NCBI RefSeq assembly: GCF_020745735.1
Contig: NC_083409.1
Coordinates: 20,904,098 to 20,968,097 of the forward strand
Source: Hemiscyllium ocellatum
Taxonomy: Eukaryota
Reading direction: 5' to 3'
Length of the DNA: 64,000 nucleotides
Shown here: piece by piece, positions 46,901 through 59,890 of the stretch
Numbering within the stretch: position 1 is the first letter of the stretch
Layout of the letters: every line of letters starts with the position of its first letter
The notes under the pieces: model-generated
The model's database searches: none
What the model was told of the DNA's origin: nothing
Seen by the model: the letters and a program-made list of their open reading frames with translations, nothing else
Position numbers and translations under genes: made by a program

Positions 46901-47090
46901 GAGGAGAAGATGTTTCCAACCGGGGAAGAGACCAGGACATGACGGCACAGCCTCAGAGTGAAGGGAAAACCCTTTTGAACAGAGATAAGGAGGAATTCCG
47001 TCCGCAATAGGGATGTGAATCTGTGGAAATCACTGCTGCAGAAGGCTATGGAGGCCATGTCATTGAGTGTACTTCACAAAGAGGTAGTTA
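43960..47090. mobile_element. Mosaic of decayed CR1 fragments (plus 43960-44400, minus 44440-45010, plus 45020-47090)
   Basis: EDCKMANETPLFRKGGR and NYRLVNLTSVV on plus; CR1 3' end on both strands. Confidence 0.75.
46324..46642 (+). mobile_element. HE1-type SINE inserted in CR1
   Basis: ggcacggtggctcagtg head, core and agggaatctaatc tail. Confidence 0.85.
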
Positions 47091-47094
47091 GGAT

Positions 47095-48990
47095 CTGAAT
47101 GCTTTCCACTATGCGAGCAGGACGTGTTGTCAGTGACAGCAGTTGGAGCTCTGTGTTTCGGAGCTTGAGCAGCAGCTGGTGTCAGTGCGGAGCGTCTGTG
47201 AGGCTGAGAGCTCCGTGGAGAGCACATTTCTAGATGTGGTCACTCTGCAGCTTCAGAGTGTGCAGGGAGACAGACAATGGTGGAGCAGCAGATAGTCCAA
47301 CAGGACAAGTTAGCTAGTACAGGAATACGCTGGGTGCATCTCACTTTCCAAATAGGATTCAGTTTAGAATCCTAATGAGAATGATGGTTCATCTGGGGAG
47401 TGGAACCAGAGCCAAGTCCATGACACCAAGGCGGGAGGCATCTGTATGGGGGGGGGGGGGGTGGATCAGGAAGACTGAAAGAGCGATAGTGAGAGGAGAT
47501 ACGAGTTTAAGTGCAATTGATAGGTATTTCTGCAGATGCAGATGGGAATGTAGAATTGTGTGTTGTCTCTCTGGCTCCAGGGTCAATGATAACACTGAGG
47601 GGGAGGGGGAACGTGCAGCAGTGGTGGTCCACATCGGTCCAAGTGACAGAGGGAGAAAAGGGATGTGGTCCTGCAGTCAGAATTTAGGGAGATCAGGAGG
47701 GACTCAGCAGCAGAAACTAAAATGTAGGAATCTCCGGATTACTCCCAGTGCCCTATGCAAGTGAGAAGAGGAACAAAAGGTTAACACAGGTGAATGTGAG
47801 GCTGGACAGAGGATCCAGGAGGGAGAGCTTCAGATTCTTGGGACATTGGGAGTGGGTCTGGGTGAGATGGGACCTGGACAAACCAGACAGTGCTGCTCCT
47901 GAACGGAGCTGGGACTGAGTTCGTTTGTGGTGATTTACTAGTGCTGTTGGAGAGAGTTTAAGCTAACTTGGCTGGGCTGTGGGAGCCAGGGGGGAATATT
48001 CGAGAGAAACACCAAGGTCCACAGAATCCTCAGTGCAGTCAATAAGTCACCACCCAGTGAGAAGGATGTGGAGGAATTCAAATGCAAGGAATTTACAGAG
48101 ACCTGAAAGTGTGATGGAGTCATAATAATGTGGTGGGAGGGTGGGATTTAATTTCTGACTATAGACTGGGGTAGTAGCAGTATAACGGGCACCTGTGTTC
48201 AGGTGAAGTTTCAGGTGGCATCGTGGCCAGTGAAGAAGGCTGCCTAAGTGTACAATGGAATCTTGACCAACTGGGCCAGTAGGCTGAGGAATAGCAGATG
48301 GAGTTTAATTCAGATAAACGTGAGTGCTGTGTTTCGGTAGGACACAGGAGATGGGCAAGATCTTAAACAATTATTTCAGGTCAGTATTTATTGTGGAGAA
48401 TGAATTGAAAGCTCAAAAAAAGGAGATGTTTTGAAAAGAGTCCACAATAGAAATGAAGAGATGCTAAAGGTCTTCAGACATATAAAGGTAGATAAATCCT
48501 GAAGACCTGATTAGGTGTATCCCAGAACATTGCGGGAAATGAAAGAAGAGTTTGTTGACCCCCTTGCTGAGATATTTTCATCATGAACAGCCATGGGTAA
48601 GGTGCTGGAGAAACAGAGAGGTTGACTAGTGTTATGCCATTATTTCAGAACATCTGCAAGGAAAAGCCAGGGAACTATAGACCAAACAGCCTGAAGTCAG
48701 TGCTGGGTAAGATGTTGGAGTGGATTCTGAGTGACAGGATTTATATCCATTTGGATAATCAGTGTGCTTTTGTACATGGAAAATTATGTCTCTCTAGTTT
48801 GATTGAGGAGGTTCAAAGATTGAGGAAGGCAGAACAGTAGGCATTGTCTATATGGACTTCAGTAAAGTGTTTGACAAGGTTCCACATGATAGACTAATTT
48901 GTAAGATTAGACCACATGGGATCCAGGGGGAGATAGCCATTTGAGTAAAATATTGGCTTGAAGATAGGAAACTGAGAGTGGTAGTATCGG
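47095..48990 (+). mobile_element. CR1 fragments: ORF1 (SGNH-esterase-like) and ORF2 RT
   Basis: ORF 47375-47764: IVRGD...DRYFC...RIVCCLSGSRV...VVVHIG. RT phrases YRPNSLKSV and YMDFSKVFDKVPH. Confidence 0.8.
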
Positions 48991-48994
48991 GTTG

Positions 48995-51900
48995 CTTTTC
49001 AGACTGGATAGAAAGATAGGTAGAACAGCAGAGCGCAGGACAACCCGTCGACCCTCGATGTTGCACCAACCTATGAAACAATCTAAGCTCATCCTCTACA
49101 CTATCCCATCATCATCCATGTACATATCCAAGGGTTGTTTAAATCTGCCTAATGTGGTTGAGTTAACTGCATTGGCAGGCAGGACATTCCATGCTCTTAC
49201 TACTGTCTGAGTAAAGAATTTGATTCTGACATTTGCTTTAAATCTATCATCCCTCAATTCGTAATTATGCCCTCTCGTACAAGTTGACATCACCATCTGA
49301 AGAAAAAGACTTCACTGTCTACTCTATCTTATCATCTGATCATCTTGTATGCCTGTATCAAATCCCCTCTTAGCCTTCTTCTTTCCAATGAGAACAGACC
49401 CAAGTCTCTCAACCTTTCCTCATAAGACGTTAACTCCAGACCAGGCAACATCCTGGTAAATCTCCTCTGCACCTTTTCCAATGCTTCCACATCCTTCCTG
49501 TAATGAGGTGACCAGAACTGTACACAGTATTCCAAGTGCGGCTGCACTAATGCTTTGTATATTTGTAGCATGGCATTCTAGCTCCGGAACTCAATCCCTC
49601 TACCAATAAAACTAAACACACACTCTGGCTTCTTAATAGCACTATCAACCTGGGTGGCAACTTTCAGGGATCTATGTCAATAGACTTCAAGATTCCTCGA
49701 TACATCCACACTATCAAGAATCTTTCCATTGACCCAGTACTCTGCCTTCTTGTTATCCTTCCGAAAATGAATCACCTCACATTTTGCTGCACTGAACTCC
49801 ATTTGCCACCTCTCAGCCCAATTTGGCAGTTTATCCAAGACCCCCAGCAACATGCAACATTCTTCCACAATGTCCACCACTCCACCGACTTTAGTGTCAT
49901 CTGCAAACTTATTAAACCATCTACCTGTGTCTGTGTCCAAGTCATTTATAAAGATGACAAAAAGCAGTAGCCCCAAAACAGATCCTTGTGGCACACCACT
50001 CGTAATCGGACTCCAGGTTGAATATTTTCCATCAACCACCACTCGCTGCCTTTTTTCAGAAAGCCAGTTTCTAATCCAAACTGCTAAATCACCCTTAATC
50101 CCAAGCCTCTGCATTTTCTCCAACGGCCCACCATGTCGAACCTTATCAAAAGCATTACTGAAGTCCAGGTGCACCACGTCAACTGCTCTAACCTTGTTTG
50201 ATCACCTTCTCAAAAACCTCAATGAGGTTTCTGACATGACCTGCACTTGGCAAAACCATGTTGAATATCTGAAATCAAATTGTTGCTTGCTAGATGATAA
50301 TAAATCCTATCTCTTATAATATTTTCCAAAACTTTTCCTTCAACAGGTGTTAGGCCCTCTGGTCTGTAATTACTGGGGTAAGCTCTGCTGCCCTTCTTGA
50401 ACAGGGGCACGACATTTGTAATCCTCCATCCTCTGGTACTAAACCGTAGACAATGATGATTCAACGATCAAAGCCAAAGGCTCCACCATCTCCTCCCTAG
50501 CTTGCCAGCGAATTCTCAGATAAATCCCATCTGGCCCAGGGGACTTGTTTACTTTCACTCCATCTAGAATAGGTAACACCTCTTCCCTACTCACTTTGAT
50601 CATTTCTAGTCTAATATTTGGCATCACTTTCTTCTCCTCTCCAATACTCTCCTTTCCCTGAGTGATAAACAATGAGAAATATTCATTTAAAACCTCTCTG
50701 ACCTCCACAGGATCCATACACAACTTCTCACTTCTGTCTTTGACTGGTCCTATTCCTACCCTAGTCATCCTTTTATTCTTCACATACCTGTCAAAAGCTT
50801 TAGGATTCCTCTTTATTCTACCTGCTAAAGACTGCTTATGTCTTCACTGTGCTTTTCTTAACTCTCTCTTTAAATCCTTCCTAGCTAATCTGCTAATCTC
50901 CATCACCTCACCCGAACATTCTTGTCTCATTGTCACAAAAGTTTCTGTCTTCTGCTTAACAAGAGATGCAATTTCTATAGTAAATCACAGTTCCCTTACC
51001 TTATCACTTCGTCCCTGCCTGACAGGGACATACCTATCAAGGAGACGCGATATCTGTTCCTGAAGCCAGCTCCACACTTTGATTGGCCCCATCCCCTGCA
51101 TTTTTCTCCTCCATTCTCTACAACCTAAATCTTGACTAATCACTTTATTGTTTCCCTTGCTCCATCAATAACTCTTGCCCTATGGTATGTATCTATCCAT
51201 TTCCATCGCTAAACTAAGTGTAACTGAATTATGGTCACTCTCTCCAAAGTGCTCACCTACAACTAAATCAAACACTTGACCTGGTTCATTGCCAAGTACA
51301 CGTCCAGTGTGGCCTCCCCTCTTGTCAGCCCTTCAACATACTGTGTCAGGAAACCCTCCTGCACACTCGAGACAAATATGATCCATCCGATGTACTAGGG
51401 TTCTAGCATTTCCAGTCAATGTTGGGGAAGTTAAAGTCGCCTATAATGACCTTCCCGCCCTGTTCCTTTCACTCCTAGCCAGAATCATATTGTCAATCCT
51501 CTCCTTCCCCTCCCTGGAACTCTGCGGAAGTCTATAAAAAAAACTCCCAGCAGTGTGACATCTTCTGTGCCTGTTTCTAACCTCAGACCATACTACCTCA
51601 GTAGACGAGACATCGTCAAAAGTTCTTTCAGCCACCGTTATACTACCCTTGAGTAACAAAGCCACATCTCCCCCTCTTTTACTATTTGCCTGTTCTTACT
51701 GAAAGATCTAAACCCTGGAACTTGCAATATTCCTGACCCTGTTCTATCCATGTCTCCGAAATGGCCACAACATCGAAGTCCCAGGTACCTATCCAATGTG
51801 CAAGCTCACCTAACTTATGTCGGATGCCTCTGACGTTGAAATAGGCACACTTCAAACCAGCTTGCTCTCTGGCAGTGCATTCCTGTAATCGTGAAATCCT

Positions 51901-52130
51901 GTCCATTTCCTCCCTACTCTCATCCTCCTGTGCTCTGGAACGCCACTTCAGGTTCCCATCCCCCTGCTGTGCTACTTTAAACCCACCCAAATAGCACCAG
52001 CAAATTCATCAGCCAGGATATTTGTACCCTTCTGGTTCAAGTGACAACCGTCCTGTTTGTAGAGGTCCCACCTTCCTCAGAATGGGCCCCAATTATCAAA
52101 GTACCTGAAACTCTCCCTCCTGCACCATCA
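48995..52130 (-). mobile_element. Long CR1 ORF2 copy (endonuclease to 3' end), decayed
   Basis: YFNVRGI..AISETW, NKSPGPDGIY, LDFSNAFDKVRH, GVPQGSVLG, KFADDTK, TRGHNYEL. The tail gatagaaagatag is at about 49005. Confidence 0.92.
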
Positions 52131-52619
52131 CTGCAGTCACGTGTTCAACTGATGGCTCTCCCTATTCCTTGCCTCACTATCATCTGGCCAGGTCAACAAA
52201 CCAGAGAAAACAACTGTGTTTGGTTTAGCTATCAGTTTCCACCCTTGCTCCCTGAAATCCTGCCTTACATTCCTGTTACCTCTTTCCACCTATGCTGTTT
52301 TTACCTACAGATGCATGAGTTGGGGTTGGGCACCCTCTCCCTTCAGGAACCCAAAGACCTCAAAGACACGATCCGAGATATCACAGACCCTGGTACTTGG
52401 GAGGCAAAATATCAAACTTGAGTCACGTTCTCAGTGAAGATCTATGAATAGCTGTGTGCCACAAGACTTGGTGCTTTGTCCACTGATTTTCATCATTTAA
52501 GATGATTTGGATGTGAACATAGGAGTAATGGTAAGTTGGTAAATGGTGGGACTGTGGAAAGTGAAGAAGATGATCTCAGGGTACAGCGGGACTTTGATCA
52601 CATACGGCAATGGGCAGAG

Positions 52620-52850
52620 GAGTGGCCAAAGTTTGGGAGAAGATTTGTAGCTCGCGTGCTCATTCTTGTGGTTCTGTTCGGCGAGCTGGGAGTTTTTGTG
52701 GCAAACGTTTCGTCCCCATTCTAGGTGACATCCTCAGTGCTTGGGAGCCTCCTGTGAAGCGCTTCTGTCATGTTTCCTTCGGCATTTATAGTGGCTTGTC
52801 TCTGTCGCTTCCAGTTGTCAGTTGCTGTCCGCTGTAGTGGCCGGTATATC
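52620..52850 (-). mobile_element. 3' end of a second Penelope-like family
   Basis: Distinct tail carrying a hammerhead core; interrupts CR1 sequence. Confidence 0.6.
52701..52740 (-). ncRNA. Minimal hammerhead ribozyme (second family)
   Basis: Minus strand: GCA-CUGAGGA-U-GUCACC-UAGAAU-GGGGAC-GAAA-C-GUU-UGC, with a 3-bp stem I and a stem II containing one mismatch. Confidence 0.7.
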
Positions 52851-53110
52851 TCCCCCAGTGACAAGTGCTGGAATTTGAATACAAATCACAAAGCAAGCCT
52901 CATTAATGGTGACCACGGTAATGATCCTGATTGCTGCCCAGCCTCAGCCTTACCTAGTCTGGACTTCATGTGACTCCAGCCCCACAGCAACCTGGTTAAA
53001 TCTTAGGTGCCTTCTGAGAGGCCACAGCAAGACCAGCAGTTCAAGGACAATTTGTCTTGGGTAACAAATGCTGATCTATGCCAGTGACACACACCTCCCA
53101 GAAAACAGAA
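52850..53110 (+). mobile_element. Old shark SINE-like repeat
   Basis: ctggaatttgaa...gtgactccagcccacagcaa...aaatgctg...gccagtgacac. Related pieces at 43870-43940 (-), 54280-54340 (-), 55140-55230 (-), 55910-56080 and 62050-62150. Confidence 0.6.
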
Positions 53111-53329
53111 TGCAACAGAGATTGGTGTCAGCCAAAATTGTCAGATCAGACTCCCAATGAGATGGGGAGATGGTTAAAAATGAATTCAGCTCATTACGGA
53201 ACAGGTCCCCACTTGTTAACACATTGTCACTGATAAAATAAGCGAGACAAAACAGAAAAAGAAAGATGAGAACACTCGAACGCGGGAATATCAGTGAAAA
53301 TTCAGGCAACTGAAGGAAGATATGAAGAA

Positions 53330-54245
53330 CTGCAAAGGAAGACAAAAAGGAAGCAAGACTTATAAAAATGTGATGGATAAAGAGACCTGCAAGGGGTCAC
53401 AAGAATAACACAAATGTTTTACACGAAAATTAGAAAATCAAGGGGGCTCCAGTGCAATGCCACCCCTTTAAAAACAAACTGGGACTTCCATAAATGAGAC
53501 TAAGGGAATGGCCGATATGTACAAGAATAAGTTGTGTCAGCCTTCACGTCAAGGAATGGGATAATGCAGCTTCCGCTCCAGGGAGGTTAATACTGAATTG
53601 AAGACTGGAATTCGTGAAACTTGATACATGCCAGAAAACAGCATTGGAAAGCGAGCAGCTCGAAAGGCTGACAGATCTCCCGGACCTCAGGGGTTTTAAG
53701 GAAGGGGGAGGAGGGAAAAGTTTCTGAAGCTTTTCCCTTCAGCTTCCAGAGCAGCAACCATCCCTTTAGTTTGGAAAATGTCTTGCTGTAACTGCACGGG
53801 TTCAAGAAAAATGAGAGAGGGAACTGAGGACATTATATAATGATCAATCCAACATCTCTTTTGAGGGTTTCATTGCAATCTATCATTAACAGCCGATACA
53901 ATGAACATGTGGAGAATTGGAAATAGCCGACATACATTTGTGATGGGTAGGTTCTGACTAACGAACCAAATGCATAAACTAAAATAGTCGATAAGGCAAA
54001 ATGTTTCATCAACTTTCAGAAGTTTTTGATAATTTTCCACAATACAGTCTCCTGACCAAAAGTAAAACCCATTGGATTGAAGATGAATATTTGACTTGGT
54101 TGGGAGGCTGATTTAGTGACAGACAACATAGAAAGAAAGTGATGAGTGGTCTTCTACAAGGATTCTGTGCTGAGGCCTTACCTACTTACTGTATGTATTA
54201 ATGAGAATCATAGTTCCACATTGTCACAAAGACTGATGGAATAGT
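53330..54245 (+). mobile_element. Heavily decayed CR1 ORF2 fragment
   Basis: Residual SPGPQG, ANVTARFKK-like and QGSVLRP-like phrases. Confidence 0.55.
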
Positions 54246-54344
54246 AAGCAGTGCAGATGCTCTTTTTGTTTAAAACTCACTCTGAGGACATGCGTGTTGC
54301 TGTCTGGGCCAGCATTTATTACACGTTCTGTATTGCCCTTGTGA

Positions 54345-54677
54345 ATCGTGGAATCATCATAGAGTGTACAAGCAGGTCATTCAGCCCATCAAATCCACAT
54401 CAACCCACCGAACAGCATCCCATCTGGACTGACACTATTCCTGTACTGTAGCATTTCCTATGGCCAACCCACCTTGACAACACATCCCTCGAAACTATGC
54501 GCAATTTGGCATGGCTAATCCACTAACCAACACATCTATGGACTGTGTGGAAGAAATCCACACAGACATGGGGAAAATGTGCAAATTCCACACAGACAGT
54601 TGTCTCAGGGTGAAATTGAACCCAGGTCCCAAGTGCTGTGAGGAAGCAGAACTAACCACTGAGCCACGGTCCTGCCC
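54345..54677 (-). mobile_element. Diverged HE1-type SINE
   Basis: Antisense core (aaattccacacagacagt) and head (aactaaccactgagccacggt). Confidence 0.75.
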
Positions 54678-55229
54678 TTTGCAAGGTGGTGGTGAGCTGC
54701 CTCCTTGAACCACTGCAGTCCATGTGCTGAAGATAAATCCACAATGCCCTTAGGGAGGGAATTTCAGGATTTCCATCCAGCGACACTGGAGGGACAGTAA
54801 TATATTTTCAAATCAAGATTCTATGCGCATTGGAGGGGAACTTGTTTTTAGTAGTGTTCTGTGCCCTTCTAATGGAAATGATCGTGGGTTTGGAAGGTGC
54901 TGTGTCGAGAGACTTGGTGTGAATTCCTGCAGTGCATCTTGTAGATGGTGCACACGGCTGTTATTGAGCATCAGTGGTGGAGTGAGTGTATGTTTATCGA
55001 TGTGGTGTCAATCAAGCAGGCTGTTTTGTACTGGAAGATATCAAGCTTCTTGATTGTTTTTGGAGCTGCATCCATCCAGGCAAGTGCGGAGTAACCCATC
55101 ACAGTCCTATCCAGAACTTAACTGATCTTTTCTTAATTCATTTACTGGATTGGGCATCACTTGCTATGTCAGCATTTATTGCCCAGAATCAAGTGGGGTG
55201 GCACAGCACTGGGACAAAAATTTAATTCC

Positions 55230-55430
55230 ACCCTTGAGTAACTGACTGTGTGGAGTTTGCACGTTCTCCCTGGACGTGCCTGGATTCCCTCAGGGTGATC
55301 TGATTTCCTCCCACAGTCCACAGACGTGCGGGTTTGGAGGAATGGCCATGGGAAATGCAAGGCTACAGGGGAGTTGGTCTGGGAGAGGCGGTTTGGGCCG
55401 AATGGCCTGTTTCCACATTGTAGCGATTCC
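55230..55430 (+). mobile_element. 5'-truncated HE1-type SINE
   Basis: gactgtgtggagtttgcacgttctccc ... gggccgaatggcctgtttccac. Confidence 0.75.
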
Positions 55431-55607
55431 AAGAATTTCTTCACTCAGAGGGCTTTGAATCTTTGCGATACTCATCGATATTTAGGCGTTTGAATACATT
55501 CAAGATAGCGATAATACACATGTTGGGAGGAAATGAGTAAATGTTATCATCACTAAATTCTTAATCCAAAGAACCAAGTAATGTTCTGGGGAAGATCGGA
55601 TCACTGT

Positions 55608-55910
55608 GGGGCAGCACGGTGGTACAGTGGTAAGCTCTGCTGCCTCATAGCACCAGAATCCTAGGTTCGATTTTAGCCTCGGGTGACTGCCTTTTATGGA
55701 GTTTGCACATTCTCCCTGCGTCTGCATGGGTTTCCTCCGGGTGCCCCGGTCTCCTCCCACCATCCAAAGATGTGCAGGTTAGGTGACGTTAAATTGTCCA
55801 GAGTCAGGGGTGAATATGGGGAATGAGTCTGGGTGGGTTACTCTTCGGAGCGTCGGTGTGGACTTGTTGGACCTAAGGGCCTGTTTCCATACTATAGGGA
55901 ATCTAATCTA
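55608..55910 (+). mobile_element. HE1-type SINE
   Basis: ggggcagcacggtggtacagtgg head and gggaatctaatcta tail. Confidence 0.85.
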
Positions 55911-56079
55911 AATCCTGGCAGTGTATGGAGTGAAATTTTAAACTCAAAAAGACTCCGGAGTTAAGAGTCTAACGACAACCAGTGTTAGGGCAGAGCCCTG
56001 TTGGGCCCACTAATGTCCATCAGATTGCTGTCCTTGCCCATACCACTGACATATGACTCCAGACCCACAGCAACATAGA

Positions 56080-56340
56080 ATCATAAAATCCCTACTGTGT
56101 GGAAGAAGGCCATTCAGCCCATCAAGTACAAGTAGCATCTCACCCAGAACCAGCCCCCTCTCCTAACCCTACACAACCATGGCCAATCCAACTAACCTGC
56201 ACAACTCTGGACTGAGAGAGGAAACTGAGGCACCAAAAGGAAACCCATTCAGACACAGAGAGAATATACAAATTCAACACAGATAGTTGCCTGAAGGTGG
56301 AATCAAACCCAGGTAGTGGCGCCACACAGTGCCACCCATT
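56080..56340 (-). mobile_element. Diverged HE1-type SINE
   Basis: Antisense core and head remnants. Confidence 0.65.
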
Positions 56341-58184
56341 CCTCAGCTCTGATCGAAACGTATAATCCCTTATTCCCAGGCTGGGACTCTGCTCTAGAAT
56401 CCCCAGGTAGGGGCTCATCCTTCCAAAATCTACCCTGTCAGGGCCCTGGAAAATTTGAAATATTTCAGTGAAATTTCAGCTCATCTTTCTGAATTCCAGG
56501 GAATCCTGACCCAGTCCCCTCTCTCATTCATTAGACAATCCCTCAGCCCGTCACATGAACTTTTACAGGGTTTGATCATCTCAGTAAGAGTTTCAAGGAG
56601 GGAAGGAGAAAAAAAAGACTCTTTCTGCTTTTAATCGATGCTGAAAACTGAAAAAGCAGGAAAATATTGTCACTAAGTATTGCTCACATACTCTTACTTT
56701 TCATCAAAGTGCTGGGTGAATCTTCTTATGGATTTCAGGCGGTCACTGCTGGTGTCCTTATATTCTTTATTCTTGCCTTGTCTCTTGTTCATGTCATTTA
56801 AGAGAATGGAGTCAACTGAGAAGGGAATGAACAGCAGAGTTTGTTTTCTCTGTTGATTAAATTCACCTTGCTTGCTCCTCTGAGCATCTGAAAAAAGGGC
56901 GAGCCTCAGAAAGATTATGTTTTCTAATAAACCTGTTGAACTATAATCTGGTGTCGGATGATTTTTGACCATGTCCTCTGATCACATTCAGGTTATTCCC
57001 ACGGGGTCTGCATGTTCTTACTTCTCCAGTACACGAGGTGGTGATCTTGACAATGGATTTCACAATGGTTTCCATCAGAGGGGACCCACAAATCAGGTAC
57101 AGCGATCAGAGATCACAGGCTCCTCAGTCCCAGACCCAAGCACAACGGGCCCCCTGGCATCCCAGGTACCAGTTGTTGCTTCTCAGACCCTGTACATAAT
57201 GCAAATGGTGCCACTGATTCTTCTGATTTTTCCCAACCTCACCAGGTCTCCACAATCAATGAGATTCGTTAAATGCAGCCTTTGACAAATAAGGACCCTG
57301 ATTGATGGGAAACCAACTGAAACGGGTAAATAATACAGTATTGAGGAGTTGCAGACATAGATTGCCAAGTGGAAAATTTATGCTGTGCCTCTTACAGAGA
57401 TTGGGCGGGAGTGGGGATTCCTGGATATCAGGTGTTCAGTAAACATAGGAAAGAGGGAAAACTGTGTGAAGTGGTAGCATTGTTTTGGGTCCATACAGAA
57501 CTGACCATCCTTACGTCCTGAGATATGATGGAAATGAAGGGTGAACTGTGCCGGGCTTTAACTCACTGTTACCGGAGTAAAACAGTGGCTATCCATTTCA
57601 CAAGAGAGTAAATGGAACTAACAAACCAGATGCATGTGAAACACCCACCAGTCCCTGAGAGAGGGGGACAAGAACAGGGGAATTCTCAGACAGAAAAGAT
57701 GCTAAAAAATGGTATCACCCCGAGAGTGAAGGGTGGTGTGGAGTCAATGACAGCGACACCATCCAGAGAGTGAGGAAAGTAACATTGACACATTTAAAAC
57801 AAGCGAGAGTTCAAGCAGACACCCACTCCGTCACACATTGTTGAAGATGCACTTTCCTCATCAAAACACGTTTGCAAGATCTTCATAACACGTCAGGGGA
57901 GAGAAATATTGTAAAATGTATGATCACGAGATAGGATCCATTTAAAAGTTGGACCATAATGTTAAATGTTCTGAGCCGTAAACAGCACTGGATATTGACG
58001 TCATTATCTTATCTAACAATATTAAAACATCAGTCAAACATTTTCCTGCAGACAGTGCATTTAAAATATCAAGATACTTTCTCCATCGTTGGTTTGATCA
58101 GTGACGTAGCAAGGAAGCAGCAGCTGCCCCATGAACTCCAACAAAAGAATGAGAACAGGCTCTTCATACGGAACTGGTGCCCGA

Positions 58185-59260
58185 GAATTCAATTCAACAG
58201 CAGGGACCAAAGAACAAGGAACAATACAGCACAGGAACAGACCCTTCAGCCCTGCAAGCCTGTGCTGATACATTTTGCCCTTCCATACTGAAACTGTCTT
58301 CACCTAAAGGATTCATATTCCTCTATTCCCTTCCTGTTCCTGCATGAGTGCAGGCATATCTTGAATACTTTTATTGTGTCTGCTTCCACCCCCTCCTCTG
58401 GCAGTGTGTTCCAGGTACTCAACTCCCTTTGTGTGAAATACTTGCCTCGCACATCTCTTTTAAATTCCCCCGCCCCTTGAACCTCTGTTCCCCAATGATT
58501 GACTCCTCAACCCTGGGCATAAAAAGCCTCATATTCTCCACTCTACATATCCCATTCACAACTTTATATGACAGGCCTCATTTTTCTGCATTCCAGTGAA
58601 AACAAATCCAGTCTATCCAACCTTCCTTCAGGACTACTATCCGCCATACATTTTCTGCACCATCGTCATAACATCCACATCCTTCTGGTAGTGTGGTGAC
58701 CAGAACTACATGCAATATTCCAAGTGTGGCCTAACTAATGTTCGATAAAGATGCAGCACAACTTGTCTATCCTTTTACCCAATGCCCCTTCCAATAAAGG
58801 CAAGCATGCCATAATCCTTTTTTACTGCCTTACCTCCCGGTGCTGCCATCTTCAGTGATCTGTCAACATACGCACCCAGATCCCTCTGCATATCAATACT
58901 TTAAAGGATTCTGCCATTCACTATATAATTCCCACCTTTCAAAATGCATCACCTCACATTTGTCTGTATTAAACGACATCTGCCATTTTTCTGTCCATGC
59001 ATCCAACTGATATAATATCCTGCTGTATCCTCTGACAATTCTTCTCATTATCTGCAACTCAACCAATCTTTGTGTCAACCGTAAACTTACTCATTAGACC
59101 AGCTACGCTTTGCTCCAAATCATTTATGGAGATCAAGAACAGCAGAGTTCCCACCACTGATCCCCTTGGAACATCAGTCGTCACAGCCCTCCATCGCTAC
59201 CCTTTGTCTCCTGTGACTAAGCCAGTTCTGTGCCCAATGCTGGGAACATTTTAGACAAGA
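58185..59260 (-). mobile_element. CR1 RT to 3' end fragment
   Basis: WQMSFNTDKCEVMHF and DVPRGSVVG on the reverse strand; tail gaacaaagaacaaagaac-like near 58205-58235. Confidence 0.85.
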
Positions 59261-59794
59261 CACCTTGTTGCCAGCTCGTTACTGCAACTCGATCCAGTTC
59301 ATTCAGAAAGAGGAAAAGGACAATGTGCAGATTGTTGAACAGGCCCCTACACTTGGGCCAGAGGCAGTAGCCCAAGCTCCAACGCACTGGCCTCACTTCA
59401 TACTAACCTTCACACAGTGCGGGGTCATGAACTCTGGGCATCAATTCAACTGGGACTAGGACGGAGATAGGGAACAGGGACAATGTTGAAGAGTCAATAA
59501 GAACGAAAGAAAGATGGAGAGAGTGTGTTGGAAAGTGTTTAATGGAGGAAAGATACTTCGTGATACCCAATACTGACAATGCCTACGTGTATCACGGAAT
59601 GAGAAAAAGCACAATCTGAAGACAATCTAAAGTCACATCAATGTATTTCTTTTTGATATATCATAGCATGAGAGCATTTTCATTGTGGTATCCTGATTCG
59701 AGAGCTGTACTCTCTAAGATTGAGCTGGTTGGATCCTCGAAGAGCCCCAGTTATTTGTACTGCTCAGTAATGTGGGGGATACAAATGGTGGACT

Positions 59795-59890
59795 GAGGTA
59801 CACCTGATGAAGGAGCAGCGCTTCGGAAACTTGCGATTTCAAATGAACCTGTTGAGCTAGAGCCTGGTGTTGTGTGCCTTCTGACTTTGT
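59795..59890 (+). mobile_element. Short Penelope-like tail with degenerate hammerhead
   Basis: CTGATGA at 59804-59810 with stem GGAGC/GCTTC, then aaatgaacctgttg...cctggtgttgtgtg. A related remnant lies at about 56890-56970. Confidence 0.55.

Noticed and set aside
19718-56340. tRNA genes at SINE heads
   Set aside because: The A/B-box heads run straight into SINE core sequence and do not form complete cloverleafs.
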